Shown: piece after piece, positions 8,181 to 18,060 of the stretch | Layout: each line of letters begins with the position of its first letter | Numbering within the stretch: the first letter of the stretch is position 1 | IMG/VR virus record: IMGVR_UViG_3300047497_000053 | Coordinates: 2,220-66,219 of that record | Reading direction: 5' to 3' (one strand) | Origin: a virus | Lineage: Duplodnaviria; Caudoviricetes | DNA: 64,000 bases | Notes under the pieces: generated by a model | Told to the model about the DNA's origin: nothing | The model's input: the letters and a program-made list of their open reading frames with translations, nothing else | The model's database searches: none | Translations under genes and position numbers: made by a program

Positions 8181-8466
8181 TCGGTACGATGTCTACGGCA
8201 GGAGCATGGAGGACACCGAGCCTGACAGGGACGCATGGTTTGTTCGATTTGATCAACACAATGACCGCATTCGCGAGCTTGAGGCGGCGCTGCGCGATGC
8301 TCAGAACCGACTACTTCAAGTCACTGAGCCGTGGCTAGGGGCACGGGCCGCTATCATCCCCGCAGCCGTGATCGCGATTGTGCCGATTCTTAACGAATGG
8401 CAGCGCCTTCTACGCTCACCTCCGAGTGAGACAGCCGAGCCCACCGCGCCGCCGGGGGGACGCTAA
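8173..8466 (+). CDS. Hypothetical protein
   Basis: GGAG RBS; RIRELEAALR coiled coil. Confidence 0.6.
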   Translation: MIDRYDVYGRSMEDTEPDRDAWFVRFDQHNDRIRELEAALRDAQNRLLQVTEPWLGARAAIIPAAVIAIVPILNEWQRLLRSPPSETAEPTAPPGGR

Positions 8467-8469
8467 TTT

Positions 8470-8673
8470 ATGATTTCCGAATACGTTGATAACATCCGCG
8501 CAAGATTGAACGCCGCATTGCGTTCCGAAGACAAAACAGAGATCGCCAGACTTTCATCATTATTGAACGCGGCAGTCACCGATGCTTGTGCGACAGGCGA
8601 ATTGATGCCGTGGGATCGGCGATGCCCACTATGTGGCAAACCTAACGACGCGCCGCCGAGGGAGGGGACGTGA
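8470..8673 (+). CDS. Hypothetical protein
   Basis: Operon ORF containing CPLCG. Confidence 0.55.
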   Translation: MISEYVDNIRARLNAALRSEDKTEIARLSSLLNAAVTDACATGELMPWDRRCPLCGKPNDAPPREGT

Positions 8674-9005
8674 GCAATTTCACAAACAACACCGGCAGCG
8701 CTGGCGCATCGGGAACGCTGACGATCAAGAAAATTCGCGACATGATGGATGCGTTGCCACCGGATTTACCAGCGCCTAGATACGACTTGTATCCTCACGA
8801 TCTGCCCGACAACAATCTGATGTACACCATCAATCGCAGCGGCAATCCGAGCTTGTACATCGGTCAAGACATTTCCCGCCACATGCTTATCGTACCGAGG
8901 TCGCGAATGATGGCTATTTACCACGACCTGCGCAATGCGGGCATCGATGTGATGTTGGAGCCACGTGTCGCCGAGCCCACCACGCCGCCCGGAGATGGGA
9001 CGTGA
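8670..9005 (+). CDS. Hypothetical protein
   Basis: GGAGG RBS; GTGA coupling. Confidence 0.65.
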   Translation: MSNFTNNTGSAGASGTLTIKKIRDMMDALPPDLPAPRYDLYPHDLPDNNLMYTINRSGNPSLYIGQDISRHMLIVPRSRMMAIYHDLRNAGIDVMLEPRVAEPTTPPGDGT

Positions 9006-9295
9006 AGCCCGTGCCCGGTGCAGTCGGATGTTCTGACGGCGGCTGCATTTTTGGCCACCCCGGTGGCATGCACACGAACGGCGGCTGCAATTGTTTGCGC
9101 GCCATACCGACGAAAGACCGAATAAAGATTGTGCGCAACATCATGGCGATGTGGCATCACATTGACGATCAAACCGCTCGTTACGCGCGCCTAAAAACCA
9201 TATTGCATGACGTGCGCAACATTATCGCTTCGGATTCGGTGGAGTACGACGACATCAGCAACGCATTGCGAATGATTGACGAGGTGCTATCTTGA
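9002..9295 (+). CDS. Hypothetical protein (GCxDxxC...GMxTNGGCxC motif)
   Basis: Cys-rich motif; GTGA coupling. Confidence 0.65.
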   Translation: MKPVPGAVGCSDGGCIFGHPGGMHTNGGCNCLRAIPTKDRIKIVRNIMAMWHHIDDQTARYARLKTILHDVRNIIASDSVEYDDISNALRMIDEVLS

Positions 9296-9474
9296 CCCCC
9301 ACTTTAACCCAATGCCCACCCGAGCAGGCCGCCAACACCTGCGAGCCGTTTGACGATCCGCGTGCACACGACTTCCAAGGCTGGGTTGAATTTGATAACG
9401 GTCTCGGCGGTACGACGGTGTGCACCCGCTGCGGTATCACCAGCTTTCAACACGCCATGAGGTACGCCCCATGA
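9292..9474 (+). CDS. Small hypothetical protein
   Basis: GAGG RBS; HDF...CTRCG. Confidence 0.55.
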   Translation: MTPTLTQCPPEQAANTCEPFDDPRAHDFQGWVEFDNGLGGTTVCTRCGITSFQHAMRYAP

Positions 9475-9722
9475 CCCCACTGCACCCCGGCGACATCGTC
9501 CTCGTCATCGGCCGCAGCTACCCGTTCCAAGCGCCACCGGGCTGCGTGGGAACGGTGCTTTTCCCGTGCCCGATGTGCCGCGCGTTGGGCACCGAGGCAT
9601 ACAACGTGGAATTTTCTGACCATCGAATCTGGTGCTATGACCGACCCGAATTGCGCAAACTGGAGCCACCAGCGGACGGCGAGACAGATTCGGTGGAACG
9701 CGAACGGGAGGAAGTCACGTGA
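9471..9722 (+). CDS. Hypothetical protein (SH3/KOW-like)
   Basis: L.PGD.V.V...G.VGTV...L..L.P pattern. Confidence 0.55.
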   Translation: MTPLHPGDIVLVIGRSYPFQAPPGCVGTVLFPCPMCRALGTEAYNVEFSDHRIWCYDRPELRKLEPPADGETDSVEREREEVT

Positions 9723-9901
9723 AAATAGGCCGGCCGCCCACGGGCCGACCGCTGAGGGGCCGACGCCCGAAGCTCACGCGCCTGCAACGGTGGTCCGTCG
9801 CCTCGTTTCTGCGGGATCGCGTTGCGACGCAGAAGCAGATCGCAAGTTGGTTCGGGGTGAGTCAGGCGACGGTGGCGCGAATTTGGAGGGACGCGGTGTG
9901 A
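9719..9901 (+). CDS. HTH DNA-binding protein
   Basis: GRRPKLT...TQKQIASWFGVSQATVARI. Confidence 0.75.
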   Translation: MKIGRPPTGRPLRGRRPKLTRLQRWSVASFLRDRVATQKQIASWFGVSQATVARIWRDAV

Positions 9902-10122
9902 ACCCGATTACATGGGAATTTAAAGCCGACAGCACCGATTCTGACACGCGCAGCGGCGTCGCTACATTTACGGTGGGTGAGATTGATATTGAGATTCACT
10001 TGGCGTCGTTTGGGCAAGGTGTATCAATATTTAATCACCTTGAACGCGCGTACCGGCTGGGCGCGGAGGATCGGACCAAAACGCTGAAGCGAGTGATTGA
10101 CCGGGAATTGGGGACGTTATGA
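9898..10122 (+). CDS. Hypothetical protein
   Basis: GGAGG RBS; GTGA coupling. Confidence 0.6.
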   Translation: MNPITWEFKADSTDSDTRSGVATFTVGEIDIEIHLASFGQGVSIFNHLERAYRLGAEDRTKTLKRVIDRELGTL

Positions 10123-10258
10123 TTAAGGAGGTGGTGCCCGATGACTGCGGTTGCTCCCCGGTTTTTTAAGCCAATGACTCTCCGGGGCGCGCGCATCCGG
10201 TGACAACACGCGCTGATTATACGGTATCAATCGATCACGCCAACATAGGATATCCATC

Positions 10259-10468
10259 ATGACCGACATCAAATGGCTGAACCTCGCGGAACCGGACGAC
10301 GATCCCGACTGCGCCTCGTTCCGCGATGCGTTCCCGCGTCGCCAGCGCGCCGGTCGGCGTGACATGCTCATCATCCTTGCCATCGGCTGGTGGTCCATCA
10401 TCGCATTCACCATCGGTTCGTGGGTGATGCTGTCGTGGATCGCGCACGGACTGCGCCGGCTACTGTAA
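10259..10468 (+). CDS. Small membrane protein
   Basis: AGGA RBS; C-terminal TM segment. Confidence 0.55.
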   Translation: MTDIKWLNLAEPDDDPDCASFRDAFPRRQRAGRRDMLIILAIGWWSIIAFTIGSWVMLSWIAHGLRRLL

Positions 10469-10596
10469 TGGCGTGGCTGTTCGCGTTAGGCGTGATTGTG
10501 CTGGCCGTGTACCACGAAGGATTCCGGCAAGTCGTGCTGTGGTTGGCGTTAATCGCGGGCACGGGTGTGTTATTCGCCGCGTTTTCAATCCACTGA
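10468..10596 (+). CDS. Small two-TM membrane protein
   Basis: TAATG coupling; hydrophobic throughout. Confidence 0.55.
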   Translation: MAWLFALGVIVLAVYHEGFRQVVLWLALIAGTGVLFAAFSIH

Positions 10597-10604
10597 ATCT
10601 CGCG

Positions 10605-12833
10605 TCACACCGCCGCCTTCGCCACCGCCAACGCTTTAACAATCGCCTCATCGGGCACGTGTAGCAGCGGTTTCGTGCCCGCGTCCGTTTCGCGTTTCGC
10701 CGCGCGCCAGCGGGCCACCAGCCGATCCACGAGGGCGTCTACGTCGGGGACTCGGCCGCCGGAGGCGCGCGGCGTGCGCGGTGGAACGTCGTCCAAGCCC
10801 GCACCCGGCTTGGTCGCGTCAATGGCGAATTTGAGTTTGGCGTCCTTCACGGATTGTTCTGCGGCGTCAGCCGCCGCTTTCGCTTTCGCAGCTGCGCGAC
10901 CTTTTAGCACGGTATTTCCGACGGCATGCAGAATGCCACCGCCTGGAACCTGATGCGCCACCAATCCCGCAGCCGTGTGCGCCAGATCACCGCCGATGGA
11001 CGGCGCTTTATCCGCAATCTGCGGCACAATGGCACCGAACCTTGACAGCGCCACCATGGTATTTGATCGATTGGTGGAATCCGCTTTGCTTTCGTCGTTG
11101 ACGTAGCCCGCGACCCGTTTTAGCCGGTCCGTATGCTCAATGCTCTCGGGACTCAGTAACAACTGTTTTTTTGGCTCTATCGCAGACAATGCTTTTCGAT
11201 ATCGGTCGGTCGCAAAATTGCCTTCGCCGAATTTGCTGATTCCAGCCGACTCCGACAGATTGTTGAGCGTTGCCGCCTCAATGGCGCGCGATAGATCGGG
11301 ATCGGGCACCGCAGCTTTGAGTCGCTTCAATAAAGCAGGCGATGCGTTTCCGCCATCACCCGTTGCAAACCGATTCAAAAAATTACCTGCTAACGGAGAA
11401 TCTGCCGTCAGGTCATGCAATCCGTCTTCGGTTTTGGGCACGTTGTCTTCAACCGCCGTCTTGTAAGCCGGGTTGCGTTTTTTTGTTTCAAATTGCTGGT
11501 ATGCGGCGCGGCGCGCTGTGTCGGCCAAATCCCGAAGCGGAGCCGCCTCGGGCGTCAACGGCATTTTGTTGAGCGCATCGTGAATGATGGATGCAGCCGC
11601 CCCTTCCGAGCTTCCTTTGCGCTCCACTTCCGCCAATCGAGTGCGCCAATTTTCAAACGTTTCAAAATCAATGGGATCGCCTGATTTCATTGAATCCATG
11701 ATTGCCGACAACACCTTGTGGTCACCTACGAGCGGACCCAACGTTTGCTTTTTCAGACGCGCATTGATATCGCTTAAAACGGCTGATGTGTCTATCGGTA
11801 GATCGCCGCCGTTGGCGTCTGCGAGCGCCTTGTATTTCGCGCGTTTATCAAGCGTTGTTGCGTTGTCTTGTTGTTTGATTGCATTGATCGCCGCCTGATC
11901 GTGATCCACATTGGTACGCCCTAGAATATCCGGGCTCGCGCGCCTGCGAATTTCCAGCATGCTTAAGCCCAGTTTTTTATTTTGATCCTCAATTGAATTG
12001 GTCAAAATGCCCTGCGTGTCCGGATCGGCGCGCAAGTTTTTTTCATCCGAGCGTTGCTGAGCGTTGTCCGTGGCTTGGCCTTTGCGAAGCTCCAACGGAC
12101 CCGTCCCTTCGGGCAGCGGCAGTTGCGCGGCGTCCAAATGGCGCTCAAGCGCAACAGGATGCGGGTTCGGCGTGTTCTCAATGGCTTCACGCAGCGCCGG
12201 GTGTGCAACGCTGACATCGGGAGCCACGTGCGCTGCGCTAATGGACTGCGGATTCGGTTGCGTGGCGTTTTTTGCGATATCGTCGCCAACGCTTGCGGCT
12301 TCAGTGGATCGCGGTGCGCGCAATGAAGTGGCGATGCGCGGCCCTGTCATTCCCATCGCGGCAGATAATGCCGTCGGCAAAGATTTTAGTTCCGCCGAAA
12401 CAGCCGGACTTAATCCGTAATCGGCTGCCTTATCGGCACCGTAATCACCCAGCTCTTGAGCATAATTCAGCGGGTTATATTTTGATTCCAATACCGATTT
12501 CAATCCGCTTTCGGGCGCCTGATATGTTTTTCCGGTTTCCTCGTTAACTGCGTCGGCTGCTCGGTTTGGATCACGCGTTGCAATTAGCGTGTTGATGCCT
12601 TTGTAACCGCCAATAAAATTGTGGTACGCGCCAGAAGCCATTGCATGCAGGTTGTCGCGAACCGGGTCGGTTGCGCGCGGTTTATTGATATCCAAATCAT
12701 CCAACATCACATGACGCGGATTCGTCGGCGTCGCCGCCGCGACTGTATCCTCATCCGGTATCTTGTCGTAAATGTTCGGGCCGCTGGAAGCGTCATCATC
12801 AGCGGGCACTTGATCGTAAACGTTAGGCATCAA
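10605..12833 (-). CDS. Internal virion / DNA ejection protein
   Basis: Last large helical late gene; NVYDQV/NIYDKI N-terminal repeats; RASGGR motif. Confidence 0.65.
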   Translation of the reverse strand: MMPNVYDQVPADDDASSGPNIYDKIPDEDTVAAATPTNPRHVMLDDLDINKPRATDPVRDNLHAMASGAYHNFIGGYKGINTLIATRDPNRAADAVNEETGKTYQAPESGLKSVLESKYNPLNYAQELGDYGADKAADYGLSPAVSAELKSLPTALSAAMGMTGPRIATSLRAPRSTEAASVGDDIAKNATQPNPQSISAAHVAPDVSVAHPALREAIENTPNPHPVALERHLDAAQLPLPEGTGPLELRKGQATDNAQQRSDEKNLRADPDTQGILTNSIEDQNKKLGLSMLEIRRRASPDILGRTNVDHDQAAINAIKQQDNATTLDKRAKYKALADANGGDLPIDTSAVLSDINARLKKQTLGPLVGDHKVLSAIMDSMKSGDPIDFETFENWRTRLAEVERKGSSEGAAASIIHDALNKMPLTPEAAPLRDLADTARRAAYQQFETKKRNPAYKTAVEDNVPKTEDGLHDLTADSPLAGNFLNRFATGDGGNASPALLKRLKAAVPDPDLSRAIEAATLNNLSESAGISKFGEGNFATDRYRKALSAIEPKKQLLLSPESIEHTDRLKRVAGYVNDESKADSTNRSNTMVALSRFGAIVPQIADKAPSIGGDLAHTAAGLVAHQVPGGGILHAVGNTVLKGRAAAKAKAAADAAEQSVKDAKLKFAIDATKPGAGLDDVPPRTPRASGGRVPDVDALVDRLVARWRAAKRETDAGTKPLLHVPDEAIVKALAVAKAAV

Positions 12834-15800
12834 CCGCCGCCTGGCAACCAGCCATATTTTTTCTTAAAATCAGGTGCCGTTTCAGGGTGCTTTACCAAAT
12901 AATCCAGATGCGATTTCGGCGTGTTGACTGATTCGCGCGGATAGTATTTCTGATTCCACTTGAAGAAATCCAACGCGCGCCCGTTGTATCCGTTCGGGCC
13001 ATCGTCTAAATACTCCGTTGCCCGATTCGCCGTGTCACGCATATACGTGTTTTGACGCACAATAGAATTGAGTAAATTCTTCAACGATTCTTCGTTGTTT
13101 GCCGTGCTTGGGCTTAGTTGCTCAAATTGAATGCCAACCTCTTTTTGTGTGGCATTTGGAAAATTGCCCTTGCCGGATTGAACGGCCAAATTGCCGAGGT
13201 ATTTCGCTAGCTCCTCGTAATTGCTGGCATCGTGACCTCTGCCCACCCACGAATCAATGGCTTTTTGCGCCGGTCCCCACCTTCCAACCGTCGGCGCCCC
13301 TTTTGAGTTCAAGATATCTTGCGCCGCTTTAGCATACTGAATTGCAGCCGATGCGGATTGCACGGTGGAACTGGAATCTTGTTGGAGTTCGGCCCGCGCC
13401 TTTGTATTGGCGTCCGCTTTTCCGGCCGTCGCGGTGCCCACGGTTTTTCCCATTTGCCCCGCGTTTTGCGGCAAGCGAAATTGCGGATCGGCTAACGCTT
13501 TGTCGTGAATTGTTTTGTCCAGGAAATCCGACGGGCGTGGCCCTGGCGTTGCCGGTGGCGGATTGGGCGTCTTTGGTTGAATTGCCGTTTGCGCGGGTGG
13601 TGTGTTAGCCGTCGGCGCAGCTCCGCGAGGCGGGGCAGCTTGCGCGCCAGTGCGTCCCGGCACGTCGGGTGTCCCAGAAGGCGGCAGAGTGGACATCGCT
13701 TCCTCAACGCTGCCTGCTTGCGGAAAATCACGCTTCCACTTCGGCACCAATACTGTTTCGCCAGGATCGTTTGGGTTGCCGGTTGAGACCGGCACACGCT
13801 CCATAAGGCCCGCTTTCATGTTGGTGTACGTATCAGGCGACAACCGCTGCGCTTCGGCGCCAATGAACGGCTGAAGTTTTCGGCTATTGAGTACGACGCC
13901 GTTTTGGTTGATCGGCGTGTCACCAGTCCATTGTTGATAAGCGTCCACAGCCGCAGTGGCGGATTTCTTGACATTCGGGTCTTGCGCATGGGTCGCCACG
14001 TAATACGCCTGATCGTAATTGTTCTGCGCGTCTTGTTGCGCGTGAAATTTCTGATCGGCGAGCCGCTGTTTGTAATCGTTCAATACGGTCTGCACGGGTG
14101 CTTGGCCCAACACCGTAGACTGGCGCTGCGCGTACGCATACCGTGCCTGTTCTTGTGGCGTCATGGCAGGATTCACGGCATATTTTTGGCGCAGTTCTTC
14201 GGCCAAGTTCGTGGGTTTTGGCGCGGGCGCAGTCGGCTGGCTTGTCGCTGCGCTCGGTGGCGGCTGCGTCAGATAGCCGAGTTTCTGGCGCGCAATCTGG
14301 TTCTGGATATCTAGCCCCTGATTCTCCAAACTCTCCTGCTGCGCCGGCAAATACGCCTGCGCGCCCGCGCCCAACCCCGATGCCAACGCGACTCCAAGAT
14401 GCCGCGTCGGCGCGGTCCCCATGGCGGCGATCCCTTGCAACAGCGGCACCACGTTGGAAGCGTGCTTCCACCAGTGATCCTCGGGCTCGCCAGACGCCGC
14501 TGGTGCCGACTTCGCAGGCGGTGCGGTGGTTGCGCCAGCCAAGCCGACCGGGGCAGCTATGGGGTCCTTGCGTGGATCGGCTTGGCGCGGATCGGGGATA
14601 GCCTCCGCGTCCGGATCGTCGGTCGGATCGCCGCCGTCGGCGTACCCGCGCCGGCCGGCGACGCCGCCACGGGCGAACATATCGGCGATGGCCATCGCAT
14701 CCTCGGCCAAGTTGCCCATGCTCTGCAAATTTCCCATCGTTTGCTGCAACCCAGACTTTTGCTGCGGCGATTCGGCGGCGGTCGCCAGCTTCGTTTCATT
14801 CGGATCGTCCGGAATATCCAGTCCGGTTGTCAGATACGGCGTGCCACCTTGGTCAAACCGCGCTCGACCGCCGCGTGCCAGTCCTGAGCCGTCCCAATTT
14901 CCGGCTGGCGCGTCCGAAGTCGCCGCTGGCACGGGATCGGGCGCCGCACCCGTCACGCCGCCCGCTTCGCCAGGGTGCGCCTTCTTATACGCCGAATACA
15001 AACCGCCGTAGGTTTTCGCCACATCGCCGACCGCCGCCGCGTTCTGCAATCCGGTCGGCTGCTGGCGCACGCCGCCTTGCGCGGTCACGAGGTGCGGCGT
15101 CGCGCCCTCCGGGGCTGGCACGCGCGCAGAACCGCCACGCGGCACGCTGCCGGCGACCCCGCCATAGGGTCCGGAACTCCCGGCCATCGGAGCGTACATG
15201 GCCTGCTGCGCTTGCAGGATCGCGGAATAGTCCGACGGCGACACAATCATGCCGCCGCTGTCGTACCCGGCGACGCCACCCGCCGCGAATTTGCCCTTGC
15301 GCGCGGCCTTCTCAGTAGCTTTGCCGTAATCCACGGTTTTGAACCCCGCCGCAAGGCCCACGGCGCCGGGGTGCTTTTTCTCCACGTCTTGCGCAATCAA
15401 TCCGATGCGCGTGCGCGGGTCGCCGTGCATTTTATAGCTGACGATATCCTGACCGTCGTACAGCTCGCCGATTTTCTTGACATCGGATTTCAGCCGTTTG
15501 TCGCTGAAGAAACCGCCCGGCTGCGTTGTTGTCGTGGTCGATCCCGACAGCGCGCCAGTCCCCTCAGCGATGTTCGCTAAAAACTGATCCACTTGGAACG
15601 GGTACGACTGTTGCTGCAAGAACTGCTGATATTCCGCCGTGTCTTGCGCCTGCTGCGTCTGTTGCTGCACTGTGCCGGCTGCCAACTGCGCATTCGCGCC
15701 CTGCAATCCCGCCGTCTGCGCGCTCGAACCCAACGCGCCCATCTCGGTCGCGGTGTTCGCTCCTTCGCCGTACGCCGTCTGTCCCAGCGCCGCCGCTTGC

Positions 15801-16657
15801 GCAGCGGTGTTGGCGCCTTCCCCGTACGCCGTCTGTCCCAGCGCCGCCGCTTGCGATGCCGTGTTGGCGCCTTCGCCATACGCCGTCTGACCGATGCTGG
15901 CCAGCTCGCTGCCCGCGCTGCCCAATGCCGCTCGATTGGCCTGCGCGGCGGCCAACCCGACGCCTTGCTGTTGCTGCGCAGTTGAGAGCGCCGTGTTGTA
16001 TCCCTGATTGAGCAGGTTGGAATAGATGCTGGCGTTTGAGAGATTCTGTTGCTGCTCCAAATTCGCCGCCGCGATCCCCGTGCGGTCGCCGCCAAACGCG
16101 CCCGACGATATCGCCGTGCCCAACTGACCCGCTTGCTGTTGCTGATTGTTTTGGTTGAGCAACGCCGATTCCGAGCCCACGACATCCGACAAATACGGCG
16201 ATAGGTATTGATTGATGTCCTGCGATGTCAACGCAGTGGGATTGACCGCTTGCCCCGACGCCGCCGCCAGACCCTCGGCGGTTTTGTTGACGCCACTGGT
16301 GCCCGCTTGCGCTGCGTTCAGATTGCTGGCCGCTGCTGCGTTGTACGCGTTCGTGCCCGCTTGCGCTGCACCCAGCGCCGAGGCCGCCGTGTTGTTGTAC
16401 GCCGTGGTTCCCGCTTGCGCTTTGCCGAGCGTTCCCGTTGCTGCGCTGTAATACGGCTGCGCTTCGTTCGCGGCGGTGTTGGTGTTCGTGATTCCGGTTT
16501 GTTGCTCGGCGTTGACGGGTGCGACGAATTGACCGCTGTAATCTTTAAACGGTGTGTTGGCGGTTGCGTTCGCTTTCGCGTTGACAGAATTGTATTGGGC
16601 AAGGACGGATGGCGGAATTGATACCGTATTCGTTGACGTTGACGATTTACCTCCCAC
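12830..16657 (-). CDS. Large ejection/pilot protein with internal Peptidase_S74-like chaperone domain
   Basis: MGGKSSTST start; Gln/Ala-rich N-terminus; FSDKRLK...GLIAQDVE...VDY at ~15320-15510. Confidence 0.75.
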   Translation of the reverse strand: MGGKSSTSTNTVSIPPSVLAQYNSVNAKANATANTPFKDYSGQFVAPVNAEQQTGITNTNTAANEAQPYYSAATGTLGKAQAGTTAYNNTAASALGAAQAGTNAYNAAAASNLNAAQAGTSGVNKTAEGLAAASGQAVNPTALTSQDINQYLSPYLSDVVGSESALLNQNNQQQQAGQLGTAISSGAFGGDRTGIAAANLEQQQNLSNASIYSNLLNQGYNTALSTAQQQQGVGLAAAQANRAALGSAGSELASIGQTAYGEGANTASQAAALGQTAYGEGANTAAQAAALGQTAYGEGANTATEMGALGSSAQTAGLQGANAQLAAGTVQQQTQQAQDTAEYQQFLQQQSYPFQVDQFLANIAEGTGALSGSTTTTTQPGGFFSDKRLKSDVKKIGELYDGQDIVSYKMHGDPRTRIGLIAQDVEKKHPGAVGLAAGFKTVDYGKATEKAARKGKFAAGGVAGYDSGGMIVSPSDYSAILQAQQAMYAPMAGSSGPYGGVAGSVPRGGSARVPAPEGATPHLVTAQGGVRQQPTGLQNAAAVGDVAKTYGGLYSAYKKAHPGEAGGVTGAAPDPVPAATSDAPAGNWDGSGLARGGRARFDQGGTPYLTTGLDIPDDPNETKLATAAESPQQKSGLQQTMGNLQSMGNLAEDAMAIADMFARGGVAGRRGYADGGDPTDDPDAEAIPDPRQADPRKDPIAAPVGLAGATTAPPAKSAPAASGEPEDHWWKHASNVVPLLQGIAAMGTAPTRHLGVALASGLGAGAQAYLPAQQESLENQGLDIQNQIARQKLGYLTQPPPSAATSQPTAPAPKPTNLAEELRQKYAVNPAMTPQEQARYAYAQRQSTVLGQAPVQTVLNDYKQRLADQKFHAQQDAQNNYDQAYYVATHAQDPNVKKSATAAVDAYQQWTGDTPINQNGVVLNSRKLQPFIGAEAQRLSPDTYTNMKAGLMERVPVSTGNPNDPGETVLVPKWKRDFPQAGSVEEAMSTLPPSGTPDVPGRTGAQAAPPRGAAPTANTPPAQTAIQPKTPNPPPATPGPRPSDFLDKTIHDKALADPQFRLPQNAGQMGKTVGTATAGKADANTKARAELQQDSSSTVQSASAAIQYAKAAQDILNSKGAPTVGRWGPAQKAIDSWVGRGHDASNYEELAKYLGNLAVQSGKGNFPNATQKEVGIQFEQLSPSTANNEESLKNLLNSIVRQNTYMRDTANRATEYLDDGPNGYNGRALDFFKWNQKYYPRESVNTPKSHLDYLVKHPETAPDFKKKYGWLPGGG
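15750..15895 (-). repeat. Three 48-bp repeats encoding GQTAYGEGANTA
   Basis: Seen in both protein and DNA. Confidence 0.85.
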
Positions 16658-16658
16658 G

Positions 16659-17165
16659 TTACGCTCCTACCCCATGCCCCGGCTCAGCCTTCGCGCCATA
16701 CAGAAAAAACGCGCCCGCTGGTTCACCGAACAATCGTTGATACAGCCGTACCTTGCCCGCCGTGCGCGTGCTTGACAGGATGCCCATAATGAGCGGCATG
16801 CCCAATTGATCGGCGCAGTGCTTGCTGTACTCCACCAGCTTGCGCGCCCGGCCGCCTTTGGCGGATCGATATTCAGGGTAGATGAAGACGGCGCGTTCTT
16901 CAATCACATCGGCAGTGCTATACCACATGCGGCCCAATCGAAGCAGCACCAAGCCTTGGATTTCCTTGGTTCCCGTTGGCCCGATGACAGGACACAGCCC
17001 GTGATCTTGGCAGAGCGCGGGCCAGATTTCTTTGGCCAACAGATCGGTGCTAGCGTTCAAGAACGAATTTTCCTCGCACGCCGTAATCGCCAAACGCATC
17101 ACCTCAGCCATGTCATCGGTTGTGGCTAAACGGATGCTTAAGTTCTCGGCGGTGGGGTCAGTCAC
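16659..17165 (-). CDS. GNAT-fold acetyltransferase-like protein
   Basis: IRLATTDD, FIYPEYR..KGG.ARKL and LYQR motifs; position analogous to T7 gp13-like genes. Confidence 0.7.
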   Translation of the reverse strand: MTDPTAENLSIRLATTDDMAEVMRLAITACEENSFLNASTDLLAKEIWPALCQDHGLCPVIGPTGTKEIQGLVLLRLGRMWYSTADVIEERAVFIYPEYRSAKGGRARKLVEYSKHCADQLGMPLIMGILSSTRTAGKVRLYQRLFGEPAGAFFLYGAKAEPGHGVGA

Positions 17166-17652
17166 GTTTCGGTCCTGGCAATTTTTTAAGCGTATCCACA
17201 AGTTCCTTGCGCATGCGCAGCACGAATTTGTCTAACACCCGATGCCCGGTATCCATATCGCCGTTGCCGGCCATTCTGACCTGATCGGGGTGCAAGACGT
17301 ATTCGCCGCCGGCCGCGACGATGGGGACGCCGGAGGACGCGCCGCCGTCCGCCTTCGGTGCGGGCGATCCATACACCCCACCCGACTGACCATAGGGTGC
17401 CGATCCCGCGCCGTAGGGCTCGCCGCCGAACATGCGGCGCATGTGGCGAAAGCCCGCCATGGTGTTGCCCTCTCCCATACCACTCACGATATCGGCAGGA
17501 ATTACGTATGCACCTTCGGGAACATGAATCGGCAAATGATCCGTGCGCCCCGCCACGTGACTGTGAATCGGCCCCGTGTGCAGTTTCGGGCCATAGGTGC
17601 GATGCGGCGTCAGTTTCACGCCCTTCATTTCAACGGTTGAGGTTTCGCTCAT
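17158..17652 (-). CDS. Conserved virion-associated protein with two G[AE]YV[IL] modules
   Basis: GRTDHLP..VPEGAYVIPADIVS and AAGGEYVLHPDQV. Confidence 0.65.
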   Translation of the reverse strand: MSETSTVEMKGVKLTPHRTYGPKLHTGPIHSHVAGRTDHLPIHVPEGAYVIPADIVSGMGEGNTMAGFRHMRRMFGGEPYGAGSAPYGQSGGVYGSPAPKADGGASSGVPIVAAGGEYVLHPDQVRMAGNGDMDTGHRVLDKFVLRMRKELVDTLKKLPGPKRD

Positions 17653-17664
17653 GAATAGCTCATA

Positions 17665-18060
17665 TCATGACCAACTCACTGCAATCACTTGGCCCGTGCC
17701 AGGAACCGCCAAAATGCCAAACGAAGTCGGCAGATTCACAAAGTAGGTGCCGACCACAGTCGGAATAACATACAACACACGCGCAGATGCACCCAGTTGA
17801 TTTGTGTCGTAAACGTGTCCGACGGCGCTTCCCGCCGTAGTTACGCTCACCGATGCTAGTCGCCCTGCCGACGTTTTGCAAAGCGATGGCGCCGCCACGC
17901 CGGTGACAACGAGTTGTCCATTTACCGCCAAATACGTCTGCGTCAAGTTATTGACCGCGACGACCAGATTCTTGAGCGTCGTCAGGATGTCCGAGATGGA
18001 CGCGCCGCCTTGGACGGGTGCGGGCTGACGGCCCGTTGCGTTGTTCACGGCGGGTTGCAT
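17665..18060 (-). CDS. Putative virion protein
   Basis: Late operon; TGATG coupling. Confidence 0.6.
   Translation of the reverse strand: MQPAVNNATGRQPAPVQGGASISDILTTLKNLVVAVNNLTQTYLAVNGQLVVTGVAAPSLCKTSAGRLASVSVTTAGSAVGHVYDTNQLGASARVLYVIPTVVGTYFVNLPTSFGILAVPGTGQVIAVSWS

Noticed and set aside
10123-10235. Possible structured RNA or tRNA fragment (ccccgg...ccgggg)
   Set aside because: Only one stem with a large loop; no tRNA arms or U-tract.
12830-16657. Tape measure protein
   Set aside because: No tail tube, tail chaperone or baseplate genes; the context fits podoviral ejection proteins.
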